DNA of 64,000 nucleotides, taken from a virus. The notes under the pieces were generated by a model, which was given only the letters and a program-made list of their open reading frames with translations, was not told where the DNA came from and did not search any database. Every line of letters begins with the position of its first letter. The stretch's first letter is position 1. Made by a program: the position numbers and the translations under genes. The DNA is taken from positions 12,727 to 76,726 of the IMG/VR virus record IMGVR_UViG_3300036402_000303. The stretch is one strand, 5' to 3'. Below, in pieces: positions 9,600-17,784 of the stretch.

Positions 9600-9751
9600 A
9601 TCCGTTTCCGTCCGCGCATCGTGTGAAACTGAAACCGCCGATCGTCGATGGCGCGCAGCAAGTCTGCCGCCAGCCATCCGTCAAGGGTGCGCTTGCCGAT
9701 TCTAAGATCGGCCGCGACCTCGTCCATTGTGCGGTCGCCTGCAGCCATCAA
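9320..9751 (-). CDS. Excisionase-like HTH protein overlapping the integrase 5' end
   Basis: TMDEVAADLRIGKRTLDGWL winged HTH; position directly upstream of int. Confidence 0.65.
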   Translation of the reverse strand: MMAAGDRTMDEVAADLRIGKRTLDGWLAADLLRAIDDRRFQFHTMRGRKRIWSATAFQNLEAAIERESAPGGVLAGSRSKSETVTGTQSVPYGSQAVQSASDKVLAWPLRPPARPKQKQRSIPTSRTSKRRSPAKLGEVIQLR

Positions 9752-9833
9752 TCAAGCCTTATCGCGGTGATGTGGCCCGGAGGCCCGCTCGTCTTGAAAC
9801 CGGGCGCGTCGGGGTACTGCTCGGGAAGGCGGC

Positions 9834-10580
9834 TCATTGCTGCGCGGCCCTCAACGCCTGCAGCGCGATGGTGGCTCGCTGCAGGAGTTCGGGACTGGCA
9901 CCGTTCCAAAGCATGTGAGACCGTCCGATAAACTCGGCGGCGGTCACCAAGGCGATAGCATCATCCAAAGTGTTGACCGGCAGCAACCGCACCGTCTCGT
10001 AGGCGACGGACATTGCCCGGAGCGCGTCACCTTCTTTGCGCTGCTTGCTGAGAATATGGTGGCGGCGGCGAACGCCGTTCACCTTCGCAAGATGCTTTCG
10101 CATTGCAGTGCGCAGTCGCTTCGCCTCTTTTGGAATCAGCGGCCATCTTTCGAGGTTCGCCGCGAGGCTCTGGCGAACCTCATACGCCAAGGCATCCTTG
10201 GGGTGGCGGCGCAGCCATGCGCGATGGTGGGCATTCTCTTGGCGAATATAGGATCGCTGGCGCTTTTCCGCTCGGTCGATTTCATCAAGCGAGCTGATGT
10301 TTTTATGTCCGTGGAAAAGCGTTCGGCCAAAAATGGCGATGTCGACAAAAAAATCAAACCGGCCCGCGTCTCCCATGGCATCTTCGGTGTCTCTGCAATC
10401 CTTGCGCGCCGCCGCCGCCGCGTCGATTTTCTCGATCAGTCGCGCCACTGCGCGCGGCAGTTGGCCCTGCCGAGCAGAGCGCTCGCGGACTTCCTTCGCT
10501 CCGTGGGCCATGTCGGCAATCTGTGCGCGGGTGAAGCGCGGCGCTGCTGGCGCTCTCGTCGGGAGTTGTAGGGTTGCCAT
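9834..10580 (-). CDS. Phage hypothetical protein
   Basis: 248 aa; GGGAGG RBS; coupled to upstream gene. Confidence 0.7.
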   Translation of the reverse strand: MATLQLPTRAPAAPRFTRAQIADMAHGAKEVRERSARQGQLPRAVARLIEKIDAAAAARKDCRDTEDAMGDAGRFDFFVDIAIFGRTLFHGHKNISSLDEIDRAEKRQRSYIRQENAHHRAWLRRHPKDALAYEVRQSLAANLERWPLIPKEAKRLRTAMRKHLAKVNGVRRRHHILSKQRKEGDALRAMSVAYETVRLLPVNTLDDAIALVTAAEFIGRSHMLWNGASPELLQRATIALQALRAAQQ

Positions 10581-11410
10581 TAGCGCGACCCTCCCTTGCG
10601 GGCCTTGCGCGCGACCGGATCGGTGGTGCGCTCGGTGTCGATCTTCAAGCTTTTGAGGACCGATCGCGCGCGGGTGGTCAGCGTGTTCTCGTCAAAGAAG
10701 GGGTATGCCTTCCGGCGGCGTTGGCTGCAGCGGTGCTTCACGCGCTGATTAACCGCGTCGTCCTCGATCCGGAAGGTGAACGCGAACTTGGCCTCGCCGT
10801 ACAGATTCCAGCCGACGGTTTCCAGTTCCTGGATCAGGAAGGCTTGGTATCGATAGAGCAAGCCGGCGCGGGTCAATGTCGTGCCACGCGCAAGCCTGCC
10901 AATTTCTTTCTTCGGCAGCGTCGGCTCTGCCGCCTTGCGCGCGATTTCCGCCAGTCGAGTAACGCGCGTTTGTGTCAGCGGGGTTTCTTCCTCGTCGTTG
11001 CTGAACGTGGCCATGTGCCGAACGATGATGCGAAACAGGAAGTCGAGGTCGCCGGCCCGCGTCGCCCTGGCCTTGAAAGCGGCTTCGAAGATATCCCATC
11101 GCGTCTCGTAGAGAACATTATAGGTGGCGTCGTCGTCTTCGATATCCTTGCCGGCCTTATCCATTGTCGCTTCGTACGCAGCCTTTAGCGCGCTGGCTTT
11201 CTCGTGCCAGAAATTCAGCATCGGCAGGCTTTGCCGTTCTAAGGTGAAGCCGTCCCGGCCCATGGGCGTGGCGCCATAGATCGGATGAGGCTCGGACTTC
11301 GCCACAACGATGACGGGCGGGGAGGCTGTGGCGGTTGTCGTGCGTGCCTGGCTGGCAGTCGTTTGAGCCCGGCGTGGTCGCCGCGGTGCCGTTGCGATAG
11401 CGGTCTGCAT
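10580..11410 (-). CDS. Phage hypothetical protein
   Basis: 276 aa; GGAG RBS; co-oriented early operon. Confidence 0.7.
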   Translation of the reverse strand: MQTAIATAPRRPRRAQTTASQARTTTATASPPVIVVAKSEPHPIYGATPMGRDGFTLERQSLPMLNFWHEKASALKAAYEATMDKAGKDIEDDDATYNVLYETRWDIFEAAFKARATRAGDLDFLFRIIVRHMATFSNDEEETPLTQTRVTRLAEIARKAAEPTLPKKEIGRLARGTTLTRAGLLYRYQAFLIQELETVGWNLYGEAKFAFTFRIEDDAVNQRVKHRCSQRRRKAYPFFDENTLTTRARSVLKSLKIDTERTTDPVARKARKGGSR

Positions 11411-11541
11411 GGCTAAAACTCCAACGGCTCGCGGCCGTTACGCTCCGCACAAAAGGGCGGACAAAACTGCAAGGGTTCCAAGAAAGAGGGTGAGCGCGGC
11501 TAAGGTCATCAAACCACCAGCCGCGCGCTGGAATGATGCTG

Positions 11542-12606
11542 TCATCGGCCGCGCTTCGATTTGCCGGCCTGCTTCGCCTCGCGGGCCTGAACCGCCGCTT
11601 TGGTCTGGGCTTCGAAATCCCTCGCGAACTTGGCCAAGCCAGTGGCTTCAAGGGTCGACCAAAACAGGACCATGCGACCGCTGTTGCCATCGCCCATTGT
11701 CCATTCTTCGTGCATGGCCGGCGTATAGTTGCGGAACGAAATGAGCGTCCACGCCCGCAGGGCAGTGGTGGAACCTGACGCCGGCAGCTTCGTCAGCTTG
11801 CCCTCAAGTCGGTCGATGGTGTCGCCAATAGCGCACATTTGGTTGTTCAATTCGCGATAGGCTTTGCTGCCAGCCGTCGCTCCCGCCCATTTCACGCGCG
11901 CGGCGGCATACTCGCGGACATTCTTTTCGATATCTCCAGCCAACGCCTTAAGGGTTTCCTTGGCCTTGGCGTCCTTTGCTGCCGTCGCCCTGGCCCGGAG
12001 TGGATCGGCCCCGAAAATGTTCTCGTTCGGATCGTGCAGCAGCGTTGTGCGGTCCAGCGACTTGAATGCATTTCCGCTGTCGACCAGTGCGACGAATTGC
12101 GTACCCATCTCGGTGGGGTCGGCCGAACTTCTGATCGCGCACGCTGCAGCCGCGACGCTGCCCATGGTGGACTGGAGGGCACCGCCGATCTCCAGCATGA
12201 AGCCCAGCGCGATTGCGTCGATGCAACGTCCCGTACTCGCCGGCTCGGTCCCTTTCCGGCCAGCCTCGGCCATGTCGCAGACGATCCACCCGAGGGCAAC
12301 AGGCCCAAGATTGTATGCCATCAATGGGAGGAAATAGCGGGCATAGCCTTTGCCGGTTTCGAGGTCTTTGGAGTAATCCCCGGTGGGCTTCACATTCCAC
12401 CACGGGGTGTTGTCCTTCGTCCGCTTGGTGTGGAACGGCAGAGCGTTGACGAGGACATCAACGGCGGACTTGTTGGCTCGGCTCCTGGTAGTCGGCTTGG
12501 CCGCGGCAAATTTCCGAACCGATGAGCCGTGGCGCGGCATGAGTGGCGGCGCGACGGCGCCGGTGCTGAAGTTCGGTGTGTTCGGCGTAATGGTCACTGC
12601 TGGCAT
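11542..12606 (-). CDS. Phage hypothetical protein
   Basis: C-terminal ~354 aa of the 535-aa ORF; AAGGA before ATG 12606/GTG 12597. Confidence 0.65.
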   Translation of the reverse strand: MPAVTITPNTPNFSTGAVAPPLMPRHGSSVRKFAAAKPTTRSRANKSAVDVLVNALPFHTKRTKDNTPWWNVKPTGDYSKDLETGKGYARYFLPLMAYNLGPVALGWIVCDMAEAGRKGTEPASTGRCIDAIALGFMLEIGGALQSTMGSVAAAACAIRSSADPTEMGTQFVALVDSGNAFKSLDRTTLLHDPNENIFGADPLRARATAAKDAKAKETLKALAGDIEKNVREYAAARVKWAGATAGSKAYRELNNQMCAIGDTIDRLEGKLTKLPASGSTTALRAWTLISFRNYTPAMHEEWTMGDGNSGRMVLFWSTLEATGLAKFARDFEAQTKAAVQAREAKQAGKSKRGR

Positions 12607-13017
12607 TCCTTGCGGTTGCGGTTGCGGAATAGAGTTGGTCGGATTTTCTGACGATCGGGCGGGACGCTGTGAGCTGAGGCTTGCGGCGCGGAAAGCCGCG
12701 CGACTGCATCCGGGGTCCGGTGCGAAGGTCGATGCCGGCGTGAGCTGCTGCCTTGTGGTAGACGGTCGACTTCTCAGCGACGTCGGCGGCGGTCTTGGTC
12801 TTGTCGCAAGCCTCGTGGATGGCCCGAGGTTGGCTTCGCGGTTTGGTCCGCCATTGATGATGGCAATGCGGTGATCGCAGACCCAGCGCTTGCCGGTGAT
12901 CGGCGTCGTGCATTCCTGGCAGATGCGGTCGAACCGGATCAGCACGCGTAAGCGGACGCGCGGCGGAACGGGCGTGTCATCGGTGGCGCCGATCCATTCT
13001 TTCGGGGTGCGGCTCAT
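12458..13017 (-). pseudogene. HNH endonuclease with a 1-nt frameshift near 12822
   Basis: MSRTPKEWIG..CQEC..DHRIAIINGGPNREANLGP in one frame continues as IHEACDKTKTAADVAEKS in another. Confidence 0.75.
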
Positions 13018-13235
13018 GGCAGGGGCCTCCGCACAAAACGGAAGGGGCGGACCCGACGATAGCTCAACGGGACGGAAGGGTTGTGATTTGGAGGGGGCGC
13101 GTCGACTGCAATAAACGTGTCGCCATTCAGCATCACGACTTCGGGACAACCTTTGTCGTCGACAACGACGTGACCGAACTCGACAAACTTGTCATCGACG
13201 CCGATCAGCTTTATGGCCTGGGAGCGGATCATCAT
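13014..13235 (-). CDS. Phage hypothetical protein
   Basis: 73 aa; overlapping start/stop coupling with neighbours. Confidence 0.55.
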   Translation of the reverse strand: MMIRSQAIKLIGVDDKFVEFGHVVVDDKGCPEVVMLNGDTFIAVDAPPPNHNPSVPLSYRRVRPFRFVRRPLP

Positions 13236-13429
13236 GACACCGCCAGATCGTTGGTGGCTCCGCGGAGCTCGCGGGCGCGTTCGGTGGCGGCGTCGGAATG
13301 AGTAACGATGTCACCGGCGCTGTTGCCAGCGGACTGCAGCAGGCGCATCACGGCCCGCTCGTCGCCAAGGTCGACGTCGGCGCTGGCGAGAAGCGACGCC
13401 ATGGATTGGCGGATCGAGACGAGCGACAT
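13232..13429 (-). CDS. Phage hypothetical protein
   Basis: MSLVSIRQSM..., coupled by TGATG to the upstream gene. Confidence 0.55.
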   Translation of the reverse strand: MSLVSIRQSMASLLASADVDLGDERAVMRLLQSAGNSAGDIVTHSDAATERARELRGATNDLAVS

Positions 13430-13764
13430 CACGCCACCCGCTTGATGATGGGCTTCGACCATTCCCGCGGTGCCGCCCAGCCGAACAGCCGCCCCCAAAG
13501 CAATTCGAATTGATCCATGAACGTCTTGAGGGTTTCGTTCTCAAGATCGCAGACCACATCCTGCTGCTCTATGGGCCAGTCTTTGGTGGGGACGTAGGTA
13601 TTGATCTGGCCGAGCGTGCCGAGGCGGACGGCCAGGATGCCGACGCGGCGCTGCTCTGTCGGGCTGAGCCGGTCCCACGCCGCGTTGGCGTCGAAGCCGT
13701 CGATCTCGGTGAAGGTGGGAAGGCGGTCGTCGGGGGATACTTCGGTTAGGGCTGGCTGCGACAT
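13429..13764 (-). CDS. Phage hypothetical protein, first gene of leftward early operon
   Basis: 111 aa; GGAG RBS; downstream of pL-like promoter. Confidence 0.65.
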   Translation of the reverse strand: MSQPALTEVSPDDRLPTFTEIDGFDANAAWDRLSPTEQRRVGILAVRLGTLGQINTYVPTKDWPIEQQDVVCDLENETLKTFMDQFELLWGRLFGWAAPREWSKPIIKRVA

Positions 13765-13789
13765 GTAGTGGCTCCGCTTTGCTGAGCGG

Positions 13790-13842
13790 AAAGTAGGTTA
13801 TGCCTACCTACCTTGTCAAATGGAAAAGTAGGCAACGGCTAC
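13790..13842 (-). promoter_or_regulatory. pL/OL-like region: TTGACA-N18-TACTTT promoter with two repressor operators
   Basis: GTAGG-TTATG-CCTAC (13793-13807) and GTAGG-CAACG-GCTAC (13828-13842), same consensus as the cI/cro operators. Confidence 0.75.
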
Positions 13843-13850
13843 TTATTTTA

Positions 13851-13865
13851 GTTCTTGCTTTGTTC
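13851..13865 (+). promoter_or_regulatory. Alphaproteobacterial LexA (SOS) box
   Basis: GTTC-TTGCTTT-GTTC matches GTTC-N7-GTTC; intergenic. Confidence 0.75.
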
Positions 13866-13915
13866 TTATCACCGGAGTCACAATCCGGGCCTAACGAGGA
13901 TTTAGGGAGCCAGTC

Positions 13916-14182
13916 ATGAGTAAGGCCGCTGCCACCACCGGAGCCAAGGTCGTCACCTATTACGTCGTGCAGCCGTTTGAGCTGAGCCCTAAGGGGCGCT
14001 ACAAGGTGGGTGCGCCGCTGCAGGCACAGAGCCGTGACCAGGCCGTGCGGCGCGCTGAGCGGCTCGCAAAAGAGCAGGGCGGGGCCATTGCCTTCAGCAG
14101 GACCGGTGACCCCGAGTTCGGGGATTTCGAGGACGCGGTGCTACTCGGCAAGTTCGGCGACGTGCCGGACGAATTTCAATAA
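13916..14182 (+). CDS. Small conserved rhizobial protein, probably SOS-regulated
   Basis: 88 aa, YYVVQPF...GAIAFSRTGDPEFGDFEDA; GGGAG RBS; LexA box upstream. Confidence 0.8.
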   Translation: MSKAAATTGAKVVTYYVVQPFELSPKGRYKVGAPLQAQSRDQAVRRAERLAKEQGGAIAFSRTGDPEFGDFEDAVLLGKFGDVPDEFQ

Positions 14183-14196
14183 CAACGCTTGGTTCG

Positions 14197-14211
14197 GTTC
14201 CGCATACGTTC
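14197..14211 (+). promoter_or_regulatory. Second LexA-type box upstream of the protease gene
   Basis: GTTC-CGCATAC-GTTC in the 89-nt intergenic gap. Confidence 0.55.
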
Positions 14212-14271
14212 CTGATTACCGCTCCCGCAAAATTCGTTATTGGTAGACCCATTCTAACGGGAGTTGTTTTT

Positions 14272-15366
14272 ATGGCCACGGCCGAAGAGGTTGCCAGTTT
14301 TTTGGCATATGAATTTTTACGAAATGGTAATTACAGTGCGGCATCGGGGCCAGTGGAGGTTCCGAAGTTGGCTCAGATGGGAGCGGCCGCCGCAGATCTG
14401 GCCTTTGACGATGATCGGGAGGCCGCCGACGTCTTTGCAAACCTAGCGGTGCAATCGGTTGGACATGAGGAAGGCGTGCCTGATCCAAAGGTCCACATCT
14501 ACCTGACTAGGGGATCGTCGAAACTGATCAAAGCGTTACCTACAGAACTCGATGGTGTCCCTGTTAGGGCGCATAAAATGGGAGCGATAACTGTGCGGCC
14601 GGAAAGCGCAGCCGCCTCGACAAATCGAGGGCATTTGTTCGAAAGAAACAGCCGGGTATGCTGTGGCAGTTCTTGTGCGCCGACATCAGAGAATATTTCT
14701 GGAACGTTCGGCGCAATCGTTACGAAAGCTGGCGGTCCAGACCTTTTCTTATTGTCCAATAACCATGTTTTTGCCGGCTGCAATCACGTCCCGAGGCAGC
14801 AGCCTATACTTTCGCCAAGCAATATGGATAGCAGCCCGAATGTTCGCGCTCCTACCGAAATCGGTCGCCACCATGAAATCCACGAATTGCGTAGCGGGGA
14901 TCCCAACCTAGTGAATCCGTGCGACGCGGATCTCGCCATTGCGGTTGCAACTAATCCTGGCTCGATATGTTCTTGGCAGGGTGATGACACTTCAGGTTAC
15001 GACACGCCGCAACATGCGATTGTGGCTCGATCGAATATGAAGGTTAAAAAGTTCGGACGAACTACGGCACTGACGTTCGGGCAATTGGAAGCAAAAATTG
15101 GCACACCACAGGCGATTGCGTATAAGGCAAATCATTTTAAGGGAAAGGTTTGGTTTAAGGACGTTTGGTCGATCCGAGCACCCGCAGGTGAGGTGTTTGC
15201 CTTGTCCGGTGATTCCGGAAGTTTGGTTGTGACCGAGGATGGTCAACATGCTGTTGGTCTCGTTTTCGCAGCTAATCCTGCGGGGGATTATGCGCTCATG
15301 ATCCCGATGGCCTGCGTCAGCGCCTCGTTTGGCGGCCTTCAACTTGTTGGCGGACATGGAGTTTAG
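14272..15366 (+). CDS. Nal1-like trypsin-fold serine protease
   Basis: Triad motifs LLSNNHV (His), DADLAIA (Asp), GDSGS (Ser); KFGRTT; AVGLVFA; N-terminal accessory domain. Confidence 0.85.
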   Translation: MATAEEVASFLAYEFLRNGNYSAASGPVEVPKLAQMGAAAADLAFDDDREAADVFANLAVQSVGHEEGVPDPKVHIYLTRGSSKLIKALPTELDGVPVRAHKMGAITVRPESAAASTNRGHLFERNSRVCCGSSCAPTSENISGTFGAIVTKAGGPDLFLLSNNHVFAGCNHVPRQQPILSPSNMDSSPNVRAPTEIGRHHEIHELRSGDPNLVNPCDADLAIAVATNPGSICSWQGDDTSGYDTPQHAIVARSNMKVKKFGRTTALTFGQLEAKIGTPQAIAYKANHFKGKVWFKDVWSIRAPAGEVFALSGDSGSLVVTEDGQHAVGLVFAANPAGDYALMIPMACVSASFGGLQLVGGHGV

Positions 15367-15367
15367 G

Positions 15368-15607
15368 ATGGTGACCTCCGAATTAGCGGCGAAGGAACTC
15401 GATGCACGGCTGCGGGAGAACGCTTGGTATCTCTCAACGGGGGTTGGCGAAACGCGTGACGGGAAACCCGCTCTGTATGTTTATGTTAAAACCGCACGGC
15501 ACCGAGAACTGACGCAACTTAGGTGTTGGATGGGATTTCCGGTCATGATTAGAGCGATCGGTTCGATCAAACCTTTAACAGCACTATCCAATAGGATCTC
15601 CGCTTAG
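15368..15607 (+). CDS. Small protein resembling the protease N-terminal domain
   Basis: STGVG..PALYVYV..GFPV..GSIKP parallels SVGH..PKVHIYL..GVPV..GAITVRP; starts 1 nt after the protease stop. Confidence 0.7.
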   Translation: MVTSELAAKELDARLRENAWYLSTGVGETRDGKPALYVYVKTARHRELTQLRCWMGFPVMIRAIGSIKPLTALSNRISA

Positions 15608-16279
15608 TCACCGCCTGTTGTACTTTCCGACCACCCGGTGACAGATCGGCCAATCGACGCGATCGACACTGAATTTCCGCTCCGGATTGAACTGTTCCAA
15701 CCGCCATTTGTCGGCGGTGTAGGACAACAGGTTCTTGATCATGGATTCGCCCTCGCCCGTCTTGGGGTCGTGGTCGTAGAAAACGTGAACTTCGTCATTC
15801 AACGGCTGCAGGCCGGGGTGTATCAGCGCCATGTCGCCGTGGCGGTAGGCGGGGGCCATCGAATTGCCGGTGATGAGGATGCCGTAAGCGCCGGTGACGC
15901 CTTCAAGGTTTGCCGGGCGCCGGACGCGCTCGATGACGTCGGTGGTGACGATCATGTGGCCGTCGCCGCCGGCGGTCGCGGCGTAGATCGGAAAGTCGCG
16001 GTCGCCGACGAGCTCGGCGCCGGGGATGATCTGCGGGGTGAAGGTGTCCGGTTCCTGTGCCCGCGCCTTTGGCGGGTCCCCGACGCCTTCCATCAGCCAC
16101 GGTAGACTGACCTTCAGAACGACCGCCAGCGCTGGCAGCTTGTCGGGATCCGGCCGGGTCTTACCGGCCTCCCATTGCGTCACGGACACGCGGGCCACGT
16201 CGAAATGCTTTGCCAGCTCGTGCTGCTTGAGGCCGGCGGCGCGGCGGGCTAGGCGGATACGGTCACCGAGATCTGTCAT
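15608..16279 (-). CDS. cI: CI-like repressor (XRE HTH + S24 peptidase)
   Basis: HTH RIRLARR..QHELA..VTQWE; AG cleavage site (ATAGG); catalytic GNSM and IK. Confidence 0.93.
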   Translation of the reverse strand: MTDLGDRIRLARRAAGLKQHELAKHFDVARVSVTQWEAGKTRPDPDKLPALAVVLKVSLPWLMEGVGDPPKARAQEPDTFTPQIIPGAELVGDRDFPIYAATAGGDGHMIVTTDVIERVRRPANLEGVTGAYGILITGNSMAPAYRHGDMALIHPGLQPLNDEVHVFYDHDPKTGEGESMIKNLLSYTADKWRLEQFNPERKFSVDRVDWPICHRVVGKYNRR

Positions 16280-16288
16280 TTCCACAAT

Positions 16289-16351
16289 GTAGGCAGAACC
16301 TACGCTCCCGTCACCTACGTAGGCCTTGACTGCGAGGTAGGTGACGCCTAC
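16289..16351. promoter_or_regulatory. OR-like operator/promoter region
   Basis: GTAGG-CAGAA-CCTAC (16289-16303), CCTACGTAGG (16314-16323), TTGACT (16326-16331), GTAGG-TGACG-CCTAC (16337-16351). Confidence 0.8.
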
Positions 16352-16361
16352 CTATGGGCCC

Positions 16362-16697
16362 ATGCTTGATTTGGTTAAACAAGGCGTCCGGGAGGCTGGC
16401 GGCATTACAAAGCTCGCCAAGGGCCTACGCGTCCGCCATCAGTCTCTGTACAGCTGGAAGCAGGTGCCGGCCGGCCGCGTGCTTATGTTTGAGACCTTGA
16501 CCGGCATTTCCCGGCATGTGCAACGGCCGGACATCTACCCGCTTCCGGTTAGTGCAAAGAGTACCCCAGCTGCCGGTGATACAGCCGACCGTGCTGGCGC
16601 TGCATGTCCCGATCCCATTCCTGAAACCTCCGAATCGCCGACGCCCTCTCGTGGTGTCGCAGATCCCGTCGTGACGCCGGCTCCTGCCGACGGCTGA
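16362..16697 (+). CDS. cro: Cro/YdaS-like HTH protein
   Basis: AGGITKLAKGL..SLYSWKQVPA..TGISRHVQRPDIY; divergent from cI. Confidence 0.85.
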   Translation: MLDLVKQGVREAGGITKLAKGLRVRHQSLYSWKQVPAGRVLMFETLTGISRHVQRPDIYPLPVSAKSTPAAGDTADRAGAACPDPIPETSESPTPSRGVADPVVTPAPADG

Positions 16698-16759
16698 CCC
16701 GCGCTGTCCGGCGCCGTGCGCGCTGGCCCTGTTGTGTGCGTTCCATGGTGTGACCTTTC

Positions 16760-17395
16760 ATGAGCAAACCGATGCGCAGAGCCTACGCAGGCCACCCCGG
16801 AATTTCCAAATCGGAGCCTATCCAAAACGGATACGGATTATCCGTTTTGGATCAAGTTTCGACCATCCATCAGGCGATCACCGAGTTCTTCGTTCAACTG
16901 CAACCCCTTAAAACGTGGGGCTTAATCCAAAAAACACTGGGCTTGAAAGAACACGCCGCCAAGCACCGCGCAGCGAACCACCGCGACTACTCGGTGGAGG
17001 AATTGCAGATGCTGCTGCACGGCGACAACGGCGACCAAATCCTCGATCTCTTGATGAAGACGGCAAACCCGGTGCCGCTCTGGTGGCAGGAGCATCAGGC
17101 GACGCGGACCCTCACGTATGCCCGAGGCCTGCAGGCTGCATCTCGCCAGTTGGCGCTCAGCATCGACAACGCTCCGATGGAGCAACCCACCCGGCGCAAA
17201 CTCAGAAAGTTTATCGATGCCGACCGAACTATCAGTGCCGCCCGATCCGAAGCGGAAGCTACCGTGGGCCTTCGGTACCAGAACCCTGATCGGAGCCTGG
17301 ATCCTGATATCGGCCGAGTGGCGCCTGCGAGTAGTCGCGCCTTGGCTGCGACCGCCGGCAAAACCGGCCTCGGCCGAGTCAGTGCACGACGATAA
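16760..17395 (+). CDS. Phage regulatory protein at CII position
   Basis: 211 aa directly after cro. Confidence 0.55.
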   Translation: MSKPMRRAYAGHPGISKSEPIQNGYGLSVLDQVSTIHQAITEFFVQLQPLKTWGLIQKTLGLKEHAAKHRAANHRDYSVEELQMLLHGDNGDQILDLLMKTANPVPLWWQEHQATRTLTYARGLQAASRQLALSIDNAPMEQPTRRKLRKFIDADRTISAARSEAEATVGLRYQNPDRSLDPDIGRVAPASSRALAATAGKTGLGRVSARR

Positions 17396-17418
17396 TCATT
17401 TCGAGCAGGGAGTGAAGA

Positions 17419-17784
17419 ATGAAAAACGCTGAGGAAGCTATTGATCAAGATCGCCTGCATCTGGTGTCGGCAGTGGATGCCGAACACGCTAGTCGGGAAG
17501 CTGTGCACCCGGAGGAGGGGCTGCCCCGCCTGGCCGCAACCCAGCCCCACGTTGAAGACGACCACTGGAGCCACAGTAACCCGGATTTGGTCATTCCGGA
17601 GCAGCGCGCGACTTGCGTCTACGCGAACAAATTCAACGCCATCGTGATCCGGCAGGAGAAGTCGTGGAATGAGGAGGATGACGCCTGCATCTATATCCAT
17701 CCGCAGCATGTCGACGCCCTCGTTGAAAAGCTGATGCAATACAAAGCGCTCTGCGAGGAAGCGATTAGCGACAGCCGCAAATGA
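17419..17784 (+). CDS. Phage hypothetical protein
   Basis: 121 aa; GGGAG RBS. Confidence 0.65.
   Translation: MKNAEEAIDQDRLHLVSAVDAEHASREAVHPEEGLPRLAATQPHVEDDHWSHSNPDLVIPEQRATCVYANKFNAIVIRQEKSWNEEDDACIYIHPQHVDALVEKLMQYKALCEEAISDSRK

Noticed and set aside
11542-13149. 535-aa HNH fusion protein
   Set aside because: Artefact of a 1-nt frameshift joining two separate genes
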